DNA from: Psychrobacter sp. DM4
GTDB taxonomy: Bacteria; Pseudomonadota; Gammaproteobacteria; Pseudomonadales; Moraxellaceae
Direction of reading: 5' to 3'
Assembly: GCF_051307035.1 (NCBI RefSeq)
Contig: NZ_CP195536.1
Location: forward strand, 1-32,000
DNA length: 32,000 bases
Under the pieces are notes generated by a model. That model saw only the letters and a list, made by a program, of their open reading frames with translations. It was not told where the DNA came from and searched no databases. Both the position numbers and the translations under genes were made by a program. Below, in pieces: positions 29,467 to 32,000 of the stretch (position 1 is its first letter; the number at the start of each line of letters is the position of its first letter).

Positions 29467-30471
29467 CTAACCCCGAACATTTACCACATAACGCCCAACC
29501 GTCTTACTCGCCATAAAGCGATCTAAGTACTCAGGCGTCTGCTCAAGCGTAATCTCTTCAGCATAACTTTCTAGATTAGGCAGTTTCATATCGGTTGAAA
29601 CACGTTGCCAAATGGCTTTTTTATCGTCCAGTGGAATATAGACCGAATCGATACCGAGTAGGGACACCGCGCGAGTGATAAACGGCAATACCGTCATCGT
29701 AAACTCAGCGCCGCCCGCCAACCCGCAAGAGGTCACCGCACCGCCCGATTTGGTTTGCTTAAGCAGATTGGCTAGATAATCGCCACCAATCGTATCGATA
29801 GCGTTGGCCCACAGCTCGCGACCGACAGGTCGACTACCGACTTCATTGATGCTATCACGATGACGGACTTCAGTAGCGCCCAGCTCTTTTAGATAGTCGC
29901 TTTGCTCAGGCTTACCAGAGAAGGCGATAACCTCATAGCCAAGCTGACTTAAAATCGCGATGCTGATACTACCGACACCGCCCGTTGCACCCGTGACGGC
30001 GACTGGTCCGTCTTTAGGTTCTGCGCCCATTTTTTCCAGCTTTTGCACGCTTAACGCTGCAGTGAGACCGCCCGTACCATAGATCATGGCTTCTTTTAGT
30101 GTTAAAGATTCTGGACAGGCTACCGCCCAATCGGCAGGGATAGCAATCATTTGGCTTAAGCCGCCATCCGTATCCATACCCAAGTCATAACCGAATACCA
30201 CGACCTCTTGACCCTCGGAAAACGTGCCAGACTTGTCATTGATGACGATACCAGCGGCATCGATACCAGGAGTGTGCGGATAGTTTCTAGTGATTCTCTT
30301 ATTGCCCGATGCTGACATGGCATCTTTGAAATTTAGAGATGAATAATGCACTTCGATTAACAAATCATTCTCAGGTAAATCGCTAACATTACGCTGTTGA
30401 ATGCTTTTTTTAAACTTACCGTCGCTGGCCTCGTGGACCACTAAGGCTTTAAAGGTTTTGTCATTAGACAT
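29467..30471 (-). CDS. YhdH/AcuI-type MDR oxidoreductase (acrylyl-CoA reductase family)
   Basis: 334 aa with 'LIEVHYSSLNFKDAMSASGN', 'YPHTPGIDAAGIV' and the NADPH-binding 'VTGATGGVGS'. Confidence 0.85.
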   Translation of the reverse strand: MSNDKTFKALVVHEASDGKFKKSIQQRNVSDLPENDLLIEVHYSSLNFKDAMSASGNKRITRNYPHTPGIDAAGIVINDKSGTFSEGQEVVVFGYDLGMDTDGGLSQMIAIPADWAVACPESLTLKEAMIYGTGGLTAALSVQKLEKMGAEPKDGPVAVTGATGGVGSISIAILSQLGYEVIAFSGKPEQSDYLKELGATEVRHRDSINEVGSRPVGRELWANAIDTIGGDYLANLLKQTKSGGAVTSCGLAGGAEFTMTVLPFITRAVSLLGIDSVYIPLDDKKAIWQRVSTDMKLPNLESYAEEITLEQTPEYLDRFMASKTVGRYVVNVRG

Positions 30472-30513
30472 AGTATTATTCCTTTTTTAGTAGTTTTGTT
30501 TTATGCAAATATC

Positions 30514-31494
30514 TTAAGGCTTAATCAATATTTTACCTTTTTTCTCTGATTGCACTTTTTCAGAGACCGCCGTTTGAATATCATCTAGCTTATAGATGCC
30601 GCCAGTAGGGAGTTTGAATTTGCCACTTGCCGCATTTTCAATCAGCTCTTTGACTAAGCGCTGTTTGTTATCTTCGCTGATCTCTTGCATCAGATCGCTC
30701 GCCCAAAAACCCTTTATCTTCGTTAAATTAAAGATTAGATTGCTAGGATTAATCATCAAAGGGTCGCCCGACACAGAACCCAAAGACGCCATCGCGCCAT
30801 ATTTACCTAATAAGGATAAAAGCTCGCCACCAGGTTTACCACCTACGGCATCGACAGCGCCCTTGATTGAAGCATTGCCAACGATTTTTTGTACTTGCTC
30901 TTTCCAGTCCTCATGATCGGTGACGACGTTGTTTTCGGTGATGCCTAGATCGATAAGCTCTTGTTCTGATTCTTTGCTGCGCACCAAGTTAATCGTATTG
31001 ATGTTACGCTGTGGAGCGAGCATCGCCATGGACTCGCCAACTGCGCCATTAGCCGCGTTTTGGATGATCCATTGACCGGGTTCAATATTTAAGAACTCAA
31101 TAAGCAGTAACGCACTCATCGGCATAGCAATTAATTGTGCTGCCATTTCATCGTCGATAGTATCTGGTATCGGAATGAGACTTTGAGCAGGCGCGATAAA
31201 ATACTCCGCCCACGTGCCTTGTATGCCTGATACGACAACGCGTTGACCTTTCTCAAAGCCTTTTACGTCTTTGCCAAGAGCATCGATTTCCCCTACCGCC
31301 TCACTACCACCAGCGGCAGGCAACTCAGGTTTATTGCCGTATTCGCCTTTGATAGTGACGATGTCATGATTATGAATAGAGGATAAAATCGTCTTGATAC
31401 GGACTTCGTTATCCTTTGGCTCTGGAGTAGGGCTGTCAGTAATATTAAGGACGTCTGAAGGTTTGCCAAATTCGTTATAAGTTGCGATACGCAT
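30514..31494 (-). CDS. Zinc-independent MDR family NAD(P)H quinone/enoyl reductase
   Basis: 326 aa with an MDR fold: 'IKTILSSIHNHDIVTIKGEY', 'GGSEAVGEI' and cofactor loop 'QNAANGAVGES'. Confidence 0.8.
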   Translation of the reverse strand: MRIATYNEFGKPSDVLNITDSPTPEPKDNEVRIKTILSSIHNHDIVTIKGEYGNKPELPAAGGSEAVGEIDALGKDVKGFEKGQRVVVSGIQGTWAEYFIAPAQSLIPIPDTIDDEMAAQLIAMPMSALLLIEFLNIEPGQWIIQNAANGAVGESMAMLAPQRNINTINLVRSKESEQELIDLGITENNVVTDHEDWKEQVQKIVGNASIKGAVDAVGGKPGGELLSLLGKYGAMASLGSVSGDPLMINPSNLIFNLTKIKGFWASDLMQEISEDNKQRLVKELIENAASGKFKLPTGGIYKLDDIQTAVSEKVQSEKKGKILIKP

Positions 31495-31694
31495 AGGATT
31501 TCCTTTTTATTTTTTTGAGTCTTAAATGGTGATTAATAACTAAGCATTAACCTTAACAATTCAAGCTAAGGGTTCTCAAGCTAACTTTAGTTAAGGAACG
31601 TTGTGACTGGCTTAGAATTGTAAAGTAGTCGAGGTTAAGCATAACGCTTTATTGACCAGTGCTACTTGTACAGTAATTATTTAGAAGTTCGCAC

Positions 31695-31726
31695 AAAAAA
31701 GCAGTGCTCTTATAAGGAACACTGCT
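31695..31726 (-). terminator. Intrinsic terminator of the partial MDR gene
   Basis: The minus strand reads agcagtg-(13 nt)-cactgct-tttttt. Confidence 0.55.
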
Positions 31727-31761
31727 ATAAATAGATGATATTTAAGTGTAGTAAATACAGC

Positions 31762-32000
31762 TTATGGTTTCAACAGCACCTTACCGTTCTTACCTGATTG
31801 CAACTTACCATCGACCGCTTTGGTAATGTCCGCCAAATCAAAAGTCGCCTCTACTGGCAGTTTGAGCTTGCCATCTACCGCGCGCTCGACTAGCTCATCA
31901 ACTAGGCGTTGTTTGTTGTCCACACTCATCTCTTGGCTGAGCTTGCTACCCCAAAAGCCTTTTAGCGTGGCTTGTTTAAAGATGACATCAGTAGGATTAA
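31762..32000 (-). CDS. MDR-family oxidoreductase paralog, C-terminal part only (continues beyond the window)
   Basis: My manual reverse translation ends '..LQSGKNGKVLLKP*', parallel to '..VQSEKKGKILIKP*' of the neighbouring gene. The frame is open to the window edge. It is not in the supplied ORF track because no start codon lies in the window. Confidence 0.65.
   Translation of the reverse strand, partial: NPTDVIFKQATLKGFWGSKLSQEMSVDNKQRLVDELVERAVDGKLKLPVEATFDLADITKAVDGKLQSGKNGKVLLKP

Noticed and set aside
29581-29607. Split parS-like sequence 'gtttcatatcggttgaaaca' inside the acuI-like gene, plus isolated half-sites at about 4951, 5550 and 17686
   Set aside because: Either the half-site spacing is wrong, with 7 extra nucleotides between the arms, or only one arm matches. 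None of these is comparable to the six contiguous sites with at least 13/16 matches.

Overview
This is an origin-proximal chromosomal window that starts at the dnaA start codon. It probably comes from a Moraxellaceae / Psychrobacter-like gammaproteobacterium; that is inferred from gene order and the look of the proteins and cannot be verified here.

Core content:
- dnaA-dnaN-recF-gyrB
- a 504-aa hypothetical protein
- a decayed mntP
- rlmF
- a crotonase
- a trimeric-autotransporter adhesin plus an anchorless paralog
- a PatB/MalY-type C-S lyase
- a three-gene operon on the minus strand (FAD-linked oxidase, GlpD-like dehydrogenase, FGGY kinase)
- a cupin
- guaA
- three tandem MDR-family oxidoreductases, the last one partial

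Six close matches to the ParB-binding parS consensus cluster between 3.2 and 9.5 kb.

Two single-gene, low-GC insertions interrupt the core and are the best candidates for accessory defence or conflict functions:
1. 16241-19123 (-) encodes a 960-aa fusion of an HD phosphohydrolase and an Hsp90/MORC-like GHKL ATPase, followed by a large uncharacterised C-terminal region. A decayed crotonase gene fragment lies on one side. A REP-like nested inverted repeat and a long GC-rich hairpin lie on the other.
2. 27417-29390 (+) encodes a 657-aa fusion of a PD-(D/E)xK-like nuclease and a DUF2075/SF1-type P-loop NTPase. It is wedged between the guaA terminator and a second terminator.

No rRNA, tRNA, CRISPR array, integrase or transposase was recognised. 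All functional calls rest on motifs read from the translations, because no database search could be run.
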